A DNA stretch of 64,000 nt from Patescibacteria group bacterium (GCA_041656935.1 JBBACQ010000005.1:1-64000); one strand, 5' to 3'. Numbered from the stretch's first letter, positions 45,110 to 54,971 are shown. The notes: generated by a model not told the origin, from the letters alone. Numbers and translations: made by a program.

Positions 45110-45807
45110 ACTAACTTATGCTTATTTTTAATAATTAACGAAGCTTTTTTATACCTTTTAACTGCTGGCAAAAACGGTAAAAAATTATATGACCAGGCTG
45201 GTAACCAGGAGCTAATATCACCCCCCGGCCTTATTTTAAAAAGTGGCTCATTAATAAAAATACCTGTTTGACCGTTGGCTAACATCGTTAACCATAAATC
45301 CCAATCTTGCATCTTTTTTATCTTTTCATCCCAACCACTAGCCGGAAAAGCTTCTCGCCTCATAAGAGACATAGTATGAATATATGGCATCTTTTTAAGT
45401 TTTTCGGGATTGAAGGGCCATAATTTAAATAATTTTTTACCCCAATAAAAAGAAGAATAGGCATAAGCACTCGTGGGATTATTTTTTAAAGCTAAAATCA
45501 TTTTTTCTAAAGCCTCCGGTTGCAAAACAGCATCATCATCACAAAAAAATAAAAAATCACCCTGAGCTTTTTTTACTCCTTGATTTCTAGCATTAGGCGC
45601 CCCCTTATTACTTTGAGTTATAAAATAATAATTCCTTTCCAATTTATTAACTTTAGAAAAAGATTCAAAAACAGAAGCGATGTTATCCTTAGATCCGTCA
45701 TTAACAATTATAACCTCAAAATTTTGATAACTCTGCTTTTCGATACTTTGCAAGGTTTTCAATATTGTTTTAGCCCCATTATAAACAGGAATTATTATAG
45801 AAATCAT
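45106..45807 (-). CDS. Glycosyltransferase family 2
   Basis: ISIIIPVYNGAKTILKTLQSIEKQSYQNFEVIIVNDGSKD and the DxD FCDDDA. Confidence 0.8.
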   Translation of the reverse strand: MISIIIPVYNGAKTILKTLQSIEKQSYQNFEVIIVNDGSKDNIASVFESFSKVNKLERNYYFITQSNKGAPNARNQGVKKAQGDFLFFCDDDAVLQPEALEKMILALKNNPTSAYAYSSFYWGKKLFKLWPFNPEKLKKMPYIHTMSLMRREAFPASGWDEKIKKMQDWDLWLTMLANGQTGIFINEPLFKIRPGGDISSWLPAWSYNFLPFLPAVKRYKKASLIIKNKHKLV

Positions 45808-45815
45808 AGAAAATT

Positions 45816-46907
45816 TTAATTACTTAAAAAATTATAAATATCAGCTACCTTATCCTTCCAGGAAAATTCACTTAAAGCTCGAAGACGACCCCGCTCACCT
45901 AATTTATCCCTTAAACCAGCATCACCTAATAATTTTAAAATTGCTTCGGAAATTTCAGCTATATCATTGGAATTAACCAATAAGCCAGTAACTCCATTTT
46001 TAACAGCATCAGCTACTCCCCCGCTATTTCCAGCAATAATTGGTTTTTTAGATAAGCTAGCCTCTAAATAAACGATGCCAAAGCCTTCGAAATCGCCATC
46101 GATATCCCGAGCGGGCATTATAAAGATATCACATAAAGATAATAAAACCCACTTTTCTTGTTCACTAATTTCACCAATAAACTTAACTTGATCATCCCAC
46201 TTTTCTCCTAGCTCCAATAAAGCCAAATCTTTTAAATATTTCTCATCGGGACCTTTCCCAGCAATTAAATAAATAAAATTATCACCAAACTCATCTAGGA
46301 CTCTTCTCAAAGATTTAATAGTATTATCAAAACCTTTTCTTTTAACTAATCGACCTAAACTAAATAAAATTTTATGATTATTTAAATTATTTTTCTCTCT
46401 TACTTTATCAATATCAACTCTTTCTAAGGCTGAGAAATCTTTAACTCCCGGATTAACTACTTTTATTTTTTGGCCTGATTTTAAAAAGTTTGCGCATAAA
46501 ATGGCCACATAGGAATTAGCTGAAATTATTTTATCAGCTTTATTAAAAATAATTCTACTAATAAATCTCTTCCAAGGTCTTTTAATAGCATAAGCAAAAT
46601 CCATGCCGTGCAAAACGATAGAATATTTAAAAGGTAAAATTCTACTCAATAAATAAACTGCTATCCCTAAAGGCAAAATATGACCAACAATAATATGATT
46701 AATTCTATTTTTTTTAATATAATGATATAATTTAAATATTGTTTTTCTCCATTTAAAAATCCCTCGCTGACTCAAAAGCTCATTACTATTATTATTTAAA
46801 ATAAAAAGCTTCTTATCTTTGGGCCAATAATAAACCAGATTAGTATAATAATTAGCTACTCCACCCTTGAAAGGAAAAAATTCTAATGTGATTAATAAAA
46901 AATTCAT
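45816..46907 (-). CDS. Glycosyltransferase family 4
   Basis: C-terminal GT-B signature IMPARDIDGDFEGFGIVYLEASLSKKPIIAGNSGGVADAV. Confidence 0.8.
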   Translation of the reverse strand: MNFLLITLEFFPFKGGVANYYTNLVYYWPKDKKLFILNNNSNELLSQRGIFKWRKTIFKLYHYIKKNRINHIIVGHILPLGIAVYLLSRILPFKYSIVLHGMDFAYAIKRPWKRFISRIIFNKADKIISANSYVAILCANFLKSGQKIKVVNPGVKDFSALERVDIDKVREKNNLNNHKILFSLGRLVKRKGFDNTIKSLRRVLDEFGDNFIYLIAGKGPDEKYLKDLALLELGEKWDDQVKFIGEISEQEKWVLLSLCDIFIMPARDIDGDFEGFGIVYLEASLSKKPIIAGNSGGVADAVKNGVTGLLVNSNDIAEISEAILKLLGDAGLRDKLGERGRLRALSEFSWKDKVADIYNFLSN

Positions 46908-46922
46908 CTCTAAAAATTAATT

Positions 46923-48383
46923 TTAGACTAAGTCGTTCTTAGTTTTAAACGACGCTTTAATATAATTAATATCAGCCTTCTTAATTGCGCCAAATAATAA
47001 TAAAAAGGAAAAATAAATTATCATAGCAATAAAAGACAATATAAAAATATTTAATAACGATTTAAAGACGAAAATAAAAATTGCCATAAAAAGAGTAGCC
47101 ATTAATATTTTTGCCAAGCTCATCAAATTACTTTTAAACCGATAAGAACTAATCTTGCGACATTCTATTATTCCTAAAATAAACATTAAAAAATTACTCA
47201 ACACCACAACAATTGAGGCTCCGATAGCTTGAAACCGAGGAATTAAAATTATATTTAAAATAACAGCAAAAATCAAACTTATCAACATATTTTGAGTATT
47301 TTTAGATTGACGATCACAAGCATTTAATAAAGAACCGATAGGAAAATTAAGGAAGATAAAAATTAAAGCTAAAATCGATATCTTTAGCGGCCAATTAGCC
47401 GAGGAATAATCGTTTTTAAAAATTAATAAAATTTTATCAGATAATAAAAAGACAGCCGTAGAAATAGGAATGGATATTAATAATAAATAATCAATCGCTC
47501 GTTTAAAAGCAATTAATAATTGTTCTCGATTATTAAGCCAATAATAACTCATAGCTGGATAAAGTGAGGCAATAAAAGCCATCGGTAAAAACTGTAAGGC
47601 AAAAATGATCTTGAAAGAAATTTGATAAATACCAACGTAATAATCGCCAGAAAAAAAAGATAATAAAACCGAATCTAAATAAGTATAAAGTCTCTGAAAA
47701 ACACCAAATAAGGCAAAGGGCAAACTAAAAATTAAAATATTTTTGATAAACGGAAAATCAAAAGAAATTTTAATCGGCATTTTAATCTTAAAGCGCAATA
47801 TTGAGGCGGAATAAAAGAAATTAAATAAACTAGCTAAAACCAAGGATAACATTATTATCCTTAAATCAAACTTTAAAATTAAAAAAAGCCAACCACAGGC
47901 CAAAACAATAACCTGAAAAATAACCGAAGCGATACTTTCAAATTTTAAATTATGAAATCCTCGCGCCGAACCAAAAAAAGTTAAGGTAAAAGAGTCTAAA
48001 ACCATACAAATAGCTGAAATATAAACCAGCTCGCGACTCAAACTATCATAACCGCCTAAAATATTGATAAAAACAAAAACCGCTAAAAGAGAGACCAAAC
48101 TAGTAATAGTTTTAAGCCCCAAGATATTGGCCAATAATTTAGGCGACTTCTCTTTCGTTTTAGCTGTTTCTCGGGTTAAATAATTAACTAAGCCCAAATC
48201 AATAAAAACAGCAAAAATAGTAGTAAAAGAAATAGCAAAATAATATTTTCCTAAACTTTCTGGACCTAAATTTCGCGCCAACAAAACAAAATAAGAAAAA
48301 GATAGAACTTTTTGTAAAATTAAAGCCATGGTTAGATAAGAGGTATTTTTAGCAATGTTTTCTATTTTCTTATTATCATTCAT
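46923..48383 (-). CDS. Wzx-type polysaccharide flippase (MOP superfamily)
   Basis: 486 aa with about 12-14 TM helices. The N-terminus NIAKNTSYLTMALILQKVLSFSYFVLLARNLGPESLGKY is typical of Wzx/polysaccharide biosynthesis proteins. Confidence 0.75.
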   Translation of the reverse strand: MNDNKKIENIAKNTSYLTMALILQKVLSFSYFVLLARNLGPESLGKYYFAISFTTIFAVFIDLGLVNYLTRETAKTKEKSPKLLANILGLKTITSLVSLLAVFVFINILGGYDSLSRELVYISAICMVLDSFTLTFFGSARGFHNLKFESIASVIFQVIVLACGWLFLILKFDLRIIMLSLVLASLFNFFYSASILRFKIKMPIKISFDFPFIKNILIFSLPFALFGVFQRLYTYLDSVLLSFFSGDYYVGIYQISFKIIFALQFLPMAFIASLYPAMSYYWLNNREQLLIAFKRAIDYLLLISIPISTAVFLLSDKILLIFKNDYSSANWPLKISILALIFIFLNFPIGSLLNACDRQSKNTQNMLISLIFAVILNIILIPRFQAIGASIVVVLSNFLMFILGIIECRKISSYRFKSNLMSLAKILMATLFMAIFIFVFKSLLNIFILSFIAMIIYFSFLLLFGAIKKADINYIKASFKTKNDLV

Positions 48384-48537
48384 ATTTCTAGATTATAACA
48401 CATTATTTATGTTAAATAATAGTTTATATTAAGTTTATCTATACTTTATAATAACTTTATGAAGATTATTGTAAAATAAAAATAAATAATAATTAATAAA
48501 ATAAAATTCCTCTTAAGGATTATTTTATTTCTAAACT

Positions 48538-49218
48538 ATGAAAATATTATTAATCGAAGACGATCAAGAAATCGTAAAGATTTTAAAAGACTATTTAAAG
48601 AAAGAACTTTGGACTGTAGATTCGGCCATGGACGGTGATCGCGGACTTTTTCTATTTAAAACGAATCACTATGACTTAATAATAGTTGACTATAACCTAC
48701 CAAAGAAGAATGGTCGAGAAGTGGTCAGGGAAATCCGGTCAGAAAACAAAAACATTAAAATAATTATATTAACCATAGACGCTAGCCAAGAAACTAAAAA
48801 CGAATTTTTCAACCTAGAAATCGATGATTATATAACTAAGCCCTTCGTTTTTTCTGAATTATTATCAAGAATCAAAGCGGTCGTTCGCCGACCAAATAAA
48901 GTTGAAAAGGCCATTTACCGAATTGACGACCTAATAGTTGATATTGAAAAACACTTGGTGGTTCGCGATAAAAAAAATATCTATTTAACCTTTAAAGAAC
49001 TAATGATACTAGAATTTCTTTTTAAAAATAAGGGCAAGGTGATTTCTCGTAATATTTTAATGGAAAATGTCTGGGATTTTAATGCTGATCCTTTTTCCAA
49101 CACCGTAGAAACTCATATTTTAAAACTACGACGAAAATTAAATCCTACCGGAAAAAAACGAGAATTAATTCATACTATTAAAGGACGGGGCTATAAACTA
49201 GACCTGAAAAAATGGTAA
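48538..49218 (+). CDS. OmpR/PhoB-family response regulator
   Basis: Receiver domain KILLIEDD...DLIIVDYNLPKKNG...KPF. The winged helix contains LTFKELMILEFL and TVETHILKLRRKL...IHTIKGRGYKL. Confidence 0.85.
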   Translation: MKILLIEDDQEIVKILKDYLKKELWTVDSAMDGDRGLFLFKTNHYDLIIVDYNLPKKNGREVVREIRSENKNIKIIILTIDASQETKNEFFNLEIDDYITKPFVFSELLSRIKAVVRRPNKVEKAIYRIDDLIVDIEKHLVVRDKKNIYLTFKELMILEFLFKNKGKVISRNILMENVWDFNADPFSNTVETHILKLRRKLNPTGKKRELIHTIKGRGYKLDLKKW

Positions 49219-50025
49219 TTATAAAATTATTTTTTCCACCTTATCAATTTTCTTGCCTAAAAAAATACTTCCCAAGGTTTTAAAACCAACGGGATTGTCG
49301 GTCACATAAAAAAAACAGTTAATATCTTTTTGTTTTTTTAATTTTAATTCGGGGTGGTTTTCTAAATATTTGCCTAAACTATCACTAACCACTTTGCCGG
49401 GGTCAAAGACCAAACACTTCTTCCCCATTATCTTTTTGATATCATCTAATAAGAAAGGATAATGAGTACAAGCTAAAACTAAAACCTGAATTTGTTTCAT
49501 CTTCAATTCTCTTAAATACTTTTTCAAAATTATTTTGGTCTCTGGTTTTTTAAACCAAGACTCCTCAATTAAAGGAACTAGTAACGGAGCCGACTGGCTT
49601 AATATTTGAATATTGGGATTTAAAAGTTTTATTTCATCATCATAAACACCAGACGCAACTGTTGCTCGAGTACCAATTATTCCTATTTTTTGTAAATTAT
49701 GAAGAGAGGAAATTTTCTCAGCAATCGGTCTAATCACCCCCAAAACCTTTAAGTCAGGGTATTTACTAGGTAAATATTCTTGTTGTATCTTTCTTAAAGC
49801 CTGGGCTGAAGCGCTATTGCAAGCAAAAATTATTAAACGGCAACCTTGGGAATATAAAAAATCTACGGCTTTTTTGCTGTAGCCGTAAATTATTTCTGAT
49901 GATTTATTACCATAAGGAACATTGGCATTATCACCTAAATATATGTAATTATAATCCGGATGATCAGCTAAAAAATGACTTAAAACTGTTAACCCACCAA
50001 CACCGGAATCAAAAACTCCAATCAT
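49219..50025 (-). CDS. murI: Glutamate racemase
   Basis: IGVFDSGVGGLTV, the two catalytic Cys motifs ACNSASA and ACTHYP, and YLGDNANVPYG. Confidence 0.9.
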   Translation of the reverse strand: MIGVFDSGVGGLTVLSHFLADHPDYNYIYLGDNANVPYGNKSSEIIYGYSKKAVDFLYSQGCRLIIFACNSASAQALRKIQQEYLPSKYPDLKVLGVIRPIAEKISSLHNLQKIGIIGTRATVASGVYDDEIKLLNPNIQILSQSAPLLVPLIEESWFKKPETKIILKKYLRELKMKQIQVLVLACTHYPFLLDDIKKIMGKKCLVFDPGKVVSDSLGKYLENHPELKLKKQKDINCFFYVTDNPVGFKTLGSIFLGKKIDKVEKIIL

Positions 50026-50030
50026 AGTTC

Positions 50031-50696
50031 TTAAGATAATTTAAAATTATTAATAACTAAAACAAAATTAAGGTTCAAAAATTCGGCTGCTTGTCGACAA
50101 AGAATCATGCGCTCGTTAAATATTTCAAAATATTCCATAACCCCAGTAACCTTAGTATCAATTTTTAACCGCAAAATAATTTCTTTCTTGTTATTATTAA
50201 ATTTAAAAGTAGAATCAATTACCGAATAATTAACTCGATCATGAATATCGTTCTTTATATTTTCTGGACTTTTATCTTTCACTCGACTACGATGCACATC
50301 AGATTTATCAGCTAAAATCAAAACAGCCCCAATTTTATTAATAATTTCAAATTTATGTTCATCGTGATTAGCAATCGCCTGCATAATTTCCAACACTCCA
50401 GCAACATCTTCGGTTTTATCCATAAAAAACTGAGAAAAAAGCAGTGCTCCAGTATAACAATGATCGGTTCTTTGTAAAAAATTTCCCATATCATGGCAAT
50501 ATCCAGCAATCGCACAAAGCTCTTGCTCTCTTAAACTTAAACCAATATGTTTAGCTAAGCTCTTAGCCCGATCAGAAACCATATTAACATGACGTGACCC
50601 ATGATCGGTATAGCCTAAAAGATCTAAATATTTTTCCGATTTTTTAATACATTCTTTAACGCCTAAATTTTTCTTAACCTCATTTAAACTTAACAT
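50031..50696 (-). CDS. HD-domain protein
   Basis: HGSRHVNMV...GYCHDMGN...ANHDEH gives an H/HD/D metal-ligand pattern. Confidence 0.65.
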   Translation of the reverse strand: MLSLNEVKKNLGVKECIKKSEKYLDLLGYTDHGSRHVNMVSDRAKSLAKHIGLSLREQELCAIAGYCHDMGNFLQRTDHCYTGALLFSQFFMDKTEDVAGVLEIMQAIANHDEHKFEIINKIGAVLILADKSDVHRSRVKDKSPENIKNDIHDRVNYSVIDSTFKFNNNKKEIILRLKIDTKVTGVMEYFEIFNERMILCRQAAEFLNLNFVLVINNFKLS

Positions 50697-50720
50697 AGAA
50701 AAAATAAAATTAATTTTAAA

Positions 50721-51293
50721 TTATTTAATAACCATTTTTTGGATAATATTATGATACTTATCTAACTTCTCGGCCTTTAATTCTCCACTAATAGAACCCA
50801 GAAGAATTTTTCTCCTAACTTTTATCCCACAAAAATTTAAAGTATTTTTCAAAATCTTCGCCCCGGAATTACCCCCCTTAATAAAATAATAAATTTTAGG
50901 AGCTCCCGAGGTACAAATAATATCAGCCGTTTTACCGGTTAATAATTTATCAGGTATCGAAGAATTATTTTCAAATTTAAAAGCAAACCCCGGAAGAAAA
51001 ACCCTATCAATAAACCCTTTAAATACTGCTGGGAGATTATACCACCAAATTGGAAAAACAAAAACTAAATGATCAGCCCATAAAATATCTTCTTGGGCCT
51101 TTTTCAAATCAGGCTCAAGCTCTTGGACTTCGTTATATCCTTCTTTTAAATTAAGATTAAAATTTATTTCTCCGAGAAAGATTTTTCTAACCTCATGTCC
51201 CCTTTTTAGAGCTGACTGATAATATGACTCTAATAAGTCTCTATTTAAAGAATTCGTATTAGGATGACCCAATACTAACAGAATCTTTTTCAT
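50721..51293 (-). CDS. Flavodoxin-like-fold NAD(P)H dehydrogenase (quinone) family protein
   Basis: KILLVLGHPNTNSLNRDL...WADHLVFVFPIWWYNLPAVFKGFIDRVF is characteristic of the Flavodoxin_2/MdaB/KefF-like family. Confidence 0.7.
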   Translation of the reverse strand: MKKILLVLGHPNTNSLNRDLLESYYQSALKRGHEVRKIFLGEINFNLNLKEGYNEVQELEPDLKKAQEDILWADHLVFVFPIWWYNLPAVFKGFIDRVFLPGFAFKFENNSSIPDKLLTGKTADIICTSGAPKIYYFIKGGNSGAKILKNTLNFCGIKVRRKILLGSISGELKAEKLDKYHNIIQKMVIK

Positions 51294-51297
51294 AATC

Positions 51298-51771
51298 TTA
51301 ATTTAATAAATAAATTATATAGGCCAAATAAGTAGCAAATCCTACCCACAAAAAATAAGGCCAAAATAAAATAGAAGAAACCTTATTATTTTTCCAAAGT
51401 AATAAAATTAAAGTTAAATTGGTTAAATTTAAAACAATCATCTCTAGAATTGACCAAAAAATTAAACCACCACCAAAAAACAAGACACTCCAAAAAATAT
51501 TTAAGATACCATTAAGAATGAAAAAGAAAATAATAATACCAAAATAAAGCTCTTTTTTAGCCTTATTTTTATGTAAAAAAAGCAGAATTGAGAATAAACT
51601 TAAAAGGAAGATAATTGACCAAACTATACCAATAAAAAAACCTGGGGGAGTAAAACTTGGCAGATTTAATGTTTCATACCAATCCATTCCCCTATTAGTA
51701 ACCAAGCTTCCTAAGAAAGAAACCAAAAAAACAGCTATAACGGTGATAATGTAAGACAATTTATTTTTCAT
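51298..51771 (-). CDS. tspO: TspO/MBR-family tryptophan-rich sensory protein
   Basis: Five TM helices in ~157 aa. Contains GMDWYETLNLPSFTPPGFFIGIVWSIIF and Trp-rich TM segments. Confidence 0.7.
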   Translation of the reverse strand: MKNKLSYIITVIAVFLVSFLGSLVTNRGMDWYETLNLPSFTPPGFFIGIVWSIIFLLSLFSILLFLHKNKAKKELYFGIIIFFFILNGILNIFWSVLFFGGGLIFWSILEMIVLNLTNLTLILLLWKNNKVSSILFWPYFLWVGFATYLAYIIYLLN

Positions 51772-51821
51772 ATTATTAGGATTAAAAATTAAAAATAACT
51801 AGTTATATTATATCATTTTTT

Positions 51822-51845
51822 AAAAAAATCCTCAAATTGAGGATT
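51822..51845 (-). terminator. Rho-independent terminator of 51864..52163
   Basis: AATCCTCA-AAT-TGAGGATT with an A7 run on the plus strand (a T-run on the minus strand). Confidence 0.6.
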
Positions 51846-51863
51846 GTTTTCTTTAGGAATTAA

Positions 51864-52163
51864 TTATTTTTTCTTGGGGGCTTTTTTCCGAGCAACGAAT
51901 TGCCATTCATTAATTTGCCCATTTTTCCCCCTTTTATAAAAAACTCTAAACTTTATGTTTGAAAGATTGCCCATAGAGTTTTTTAATTTAGTCACATAAG
52001 TATATTTCACTCCATAGGCGCTATGTTCGTTCCCCTTAGAGTCCTTAATAATAGTGTTCTCTTCTAGAGCACCGTTTTTAAGAAGCTCTCTAGAAATGAC
52101 TTCATTCGTAAACGAATTTAAGGGCTCTAGAAACCATTGAACAAGAGAATTTTTATCTTCCAT
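51864..52163 (-). CDS. Hypothetical protein (99 aa, basic C-terminus)
   Basis: The ORF has a TTGACA-17-TATATT promoter and a terminator. No family recognised. Confidence 0.4.
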   Translation of the reverse strand: MEDKNSLVQWFLEPLNSFTNEVISRELLKNGALEENTIIKDSKGNEHSAYGVKYTYVTKLKNSMGNLSNIKFRVFYKRGKNGQINEWQFVARKKAPKKK

Positions 52164-52203
52164 TTTTTACTTTTTTAGACAGATTAAAGAACTAATTAAA
52201 AAA

Positions 52204-52232
52204 AATATAACATATAATTTATTTTTTGTCAA
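52204..52232 (-). promoter_or_regulatory. Sigma70-like promoter for 51864..52163
   Basis: Minus strand TTGACA (52232-52227), 17-nt spacer, TATATT (52209-52204). Confidence 0.5.
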
Positions 52233-52243
52233 AGAGGACGAAA

Positions 52244-53005
52244 TTATCTAAAATCATCCATAAAAAATTCATATCCCCCTATCAAGGCGGGAGTTGATAA
52301 AAAATACCAAATAATTATATCATCGAGAGGAAAAATTTCACCCCAAATAATTACCGGTAATAAATACTCCCCTGGCCAAAACCAACTACCGACCTTAAGT
52401 GAAACTAATTCATAAACAAAAAATACCACGGCAAAAAATAAAGTTGGCAGAATAGTTTTTTTAAGTAATTTTAAATTCTTCTTAAAAATAATGCCAGCCG
52501 GAATTATTAAAGACAAAAAAGCGATAGCAAAGTAATTGGCGGCGACTAAGTTTCTTTGATAAAAAAACAAGGAGAAAACAATTATTGAAAATATAACAAA
52601 AATAAAAACTAAATACTTGAACCGTTTGTTTATCCGACTAACTAAATCCTTGTCAATAAAATACTCGTAGAAAGATAGAACCCAGAAAAAATTTAAAAAG
52701 GCGAACAGCATATTTTCTAAAGGAATTAAACCAAAAGGTCGAGGAAAAGATGAGGTCACGTCCCAAACATCTTTGAGGCGAGCCATTAACTCTATGGGAG
52801 GAGCAAAAATAAGGGCGGCCACTAGAGAAAATAACAAAACTTTGTATTTTGAGCTTTTTAACCAAAAGAAATTAACAACACTAGGGGGCACTAAAACTAT
52901 AAGAATAGACCAAATATATAGTGGTTTTAAGAAATAAACCCCGACGCTGGCTATTAATACATAAATTAATAACGCTAAGATTTTCATTTTCTTATTTTTA
53001 GCCAT
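52244..53005 (-). CDS. Polytopic membrane protein, possibly containing a lycopene-cyclase domain (weak)
   Basis: About 7 TM helices. Two PLE(N)/PLDD-type motifs (IPLENMLFAF and FPLDDIIIWYF) are reminiscent of the paired PxEE motifs of CrtYc/d-type domains. The assignment is from memory only. Confidence 0.35.
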   Translation of the reverse strand: MAKNKKMKILALLIYVLIASVGVYFLKPLYIWSILIVLVPPSVVNFFWLKSSKYKVLLFSLVAALIFAPPIELMARLKDVWDVTSSFPRPFGLIPLENMLFAFLNFFWVLSFYEYFIDKDLVSRINKRFKYLVFIFVIFSIIVFSLFFYQRNLVAANYFAIAFLSLIIPAGIIFKKNLKLLKKTILPTLFFAVVFFVYELVSLKVGSWFWPGEYLLPVIIWGEIFPLDDIIIWYFLSTPALIGGYEFFMDDFR

Positions 53006-53182
53006 TTCTATGCTTTTTAATATTAAACTAAGTTATTTTTAGGAATTTAAATTAATTTAAAAATTAACAACTTACTTTAATATTATCATTAAAAAATAAT
53101 AAGAGCAATAGAAAAAACAACTATTGTTGACCTTCTTTTATATTTAAACTATAATTAAAATAATAAAACTAATATACTTTTT

Positions 53183-54304
53183 ATGATAAAAATAAAACCA
53201 CTCTTCTTAATAATATTTATTCTTATTTTTTCTTTTCTACCGAGTCTTGCTCGAGCCGAAGAAAAAGAAGAGAGTAAATTAATTGAAATAAATTTTTTTG
53301 GTAGTCCCACCTGCCCGCATTGCTTAGAAGAAAAAAAGTTTTTAGAAGAATTAAAAAAAACTTATCCACAAATAGAAATTAATGAATATGAATTTTCAAA
53401 AAATATAGATTTAATAAATAATTTTTACGAAGACTACCAAGTACCTAAAAATCAACAAGGACTAGTCCCAGCTACCTTTATCGGCGACTCCTTTTATATT
53501 GGTTTTGATGATTCTGTCTCAAAAAATATTGAAAATAAGGTTATTAATTCTGAAGAAAAAGAAGAAAAAACCATAAAAATACCTTTTATGGGTGAAATTG
53601 ATATTTATAAATATTCCCTACCAGCTTTAGCTGTCGTTTTAGGAATAGTTGACGGTTTTAATGTTTGTTCATTAGGAGCCTTAATTATTATATTAGGATT
53701 AGTAATGGTATTAGGTTCTAGAAAAAGAATACTATTATTAGGCGGATTCTTCTTGCTAATCACCGGTTTAACATATGGATTATTAATCTTTGCTTGGCAT
53801 CAATTCTTCTCAGTTATATCACCTTATATAAAAAGCATGGAACTTGTTATTGGGTTATTATCAATAGCTGGAGGTATTTATTTACTTAGAGAATTTATCA
53901 AATCACTAAAACAAGGAGCAACCTGTAATTCCGGCGGAATACTTGCTAAATTATCACCTAAGGTTGAAAAAATATTTGCCAAAAAGAAAAACATCATAAT
54001 TTTACTAGGCGTTGTCCTTCTGTTCGCCGGTGCAGTAACAATAGTAGAATTCCCTTGCTCAGCTTTCTTGCCAGTTTTATTCGCTAGTATTTTAGTAGAA
54101 GCTAATCTTTCCCTGCCCGTCACCATCTCTTACATGGTGCTATTCATACTATTTTATATGTTAGACGAAATAATAATTTTTCTTATTGCCTTTTCTACTA
54201 TGAAAATAAAAATAGTTTCGCCTAAATTCATAAACATATTTAATTTAATAGCCGCTCTAATATTTTTGTTTTTAGGAAGCTTCTATCTTCTCCGTATTTT
54301 TTAG
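53183..54304 (+). CDS. Fusion of an exported thioredoxin-fold CxxC domain with a CcdA/DsbD-like membrane thiol-disulfide transporter
   Basis: Signal peptide, then FGSPTCPHCLEEKKFLEEL (CPHC). Six TM helices follow, with intramembrane Cys motifs DGFNVCSLGAL and EFPCSAFLP. Confidence 0.6.
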   Translation: MIKIKPLFLIIFILIFSFLPSLARAEEKEESKLIEINFFGSPTCPHCLEEKKFLEELKKTYPQIEINEYEFSKNIDLINNFYEDYQVPKNQQGLVPATFIGDSFYIGFDDSVSKNIENKVINSEEKEEKTIKIPFMGEIDIYKYSLPALAVVLGIVDGFNVCSLGALIIILGLVMVLGSRKRILLLGGFFLLITGLTYGLLIFAWHQFFSVISPYIKSMELVIGLLSIAGGIYLLREFIKSLKQGATCNSGGILAKLSPKVEKIFAKKKNIIILLGVVLLFAGAVTIVEFPCSAFLPVLFASILVEANLSLPVTISYMVLFILFYMLDEIIIFLIAFSTMKIKIVSPKFINIFNLIAALIFLFLGSFYLLRIF

Positions 54305-54322
54305 AAAAAAATTTCATCTAAT

Positions 54323-54358
54323 AAAAAAGCCGATTAACTCAATCGGTTTTATTTTTTA
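54323..54358. terminator. Bidirectional terminator between convergent genes 53183..54304 (+) and 54387..54971 (-)
   Basis: AGCCGATT-aactc-AATCGGTT (one G-U pair) with an A-run before and TTTTATTTTTT after. Confidence 0.65.
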
Positions 54359-54386
54359 ATTAATAATAATTAAAATATATCTAAAA

Positions 54387-54971
54387 TTACAGCAAAGAAA
54401 AAAGATAAGCTGAAATAAATGGTAAGAATAAATTATCTAAACCAAAAAATAAAGAAAACTCTAATAAGGTTAAAATTAAGGCCACAATAAAATATTTATC
54501 AAAATTTAATAAGGCGAAATCTCCTTTAAAAAATATCGATAAAATAATAGTGGTTAATAAAAAAACCAATGACCCCTCTAAACTTTTAGCTCCACCAAAA
54601 ATCTTTATCTTATAAGTCCCAAATAATCCACCAAAAATATTAGCCAAAGCATCAGAAAAACCTAAAACTAAAACTCCGAATTGAAAGGCTAAAATATCAT
54701 CGGGAAGGAAGAAAATAGCTGAAATCATAATACCTAAAGGATAAAAAACCTCCCCTAAAGATAAACGTCTAACTTTGTTTATAATTGGTAAGAAATCGAA
54801 AAAACGAGCCAAGGCAAAGAGAAAAGAGAAAAGCAAACAAACGAATATTATCAATTCTAAAGATAGAAAATAAGGGAAAAATAAAATAATAATAGCCGAT
54901 AAAATATGAATTATTTTTCGACTAAAATTATCAACTTTTCGCCATAAAAATAAATTTCTCCAACTAAACAT
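54387..54971 (-). CDS. Polyprenol/dolichol-kinase-like (CdsA-superfamily) membrane protein
   Basis: Polytopic. VLGFSDALANIFGGLFG resembles the cytidylyltransferase/phytol-dolichol kinase signature. Confidence 0.5.
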   Translation of the reverse strand: MFSWRNLFLWRKVDNFSRKIIHILSAIIILFFPYFLSLELIIFVCLLFSFLFALARFFDFLPIINKVRRLSLGEVFYPLGIMISAIFFLPDDILAFQFGVLVLGFSDALANIFGGLFGTYKIKIFGGAKSLEGSLVFLLTTIILSIFFKGDFALLNFDKYFIVALILTLLEFSLFFGLDNLFLPFISAYLFSLL

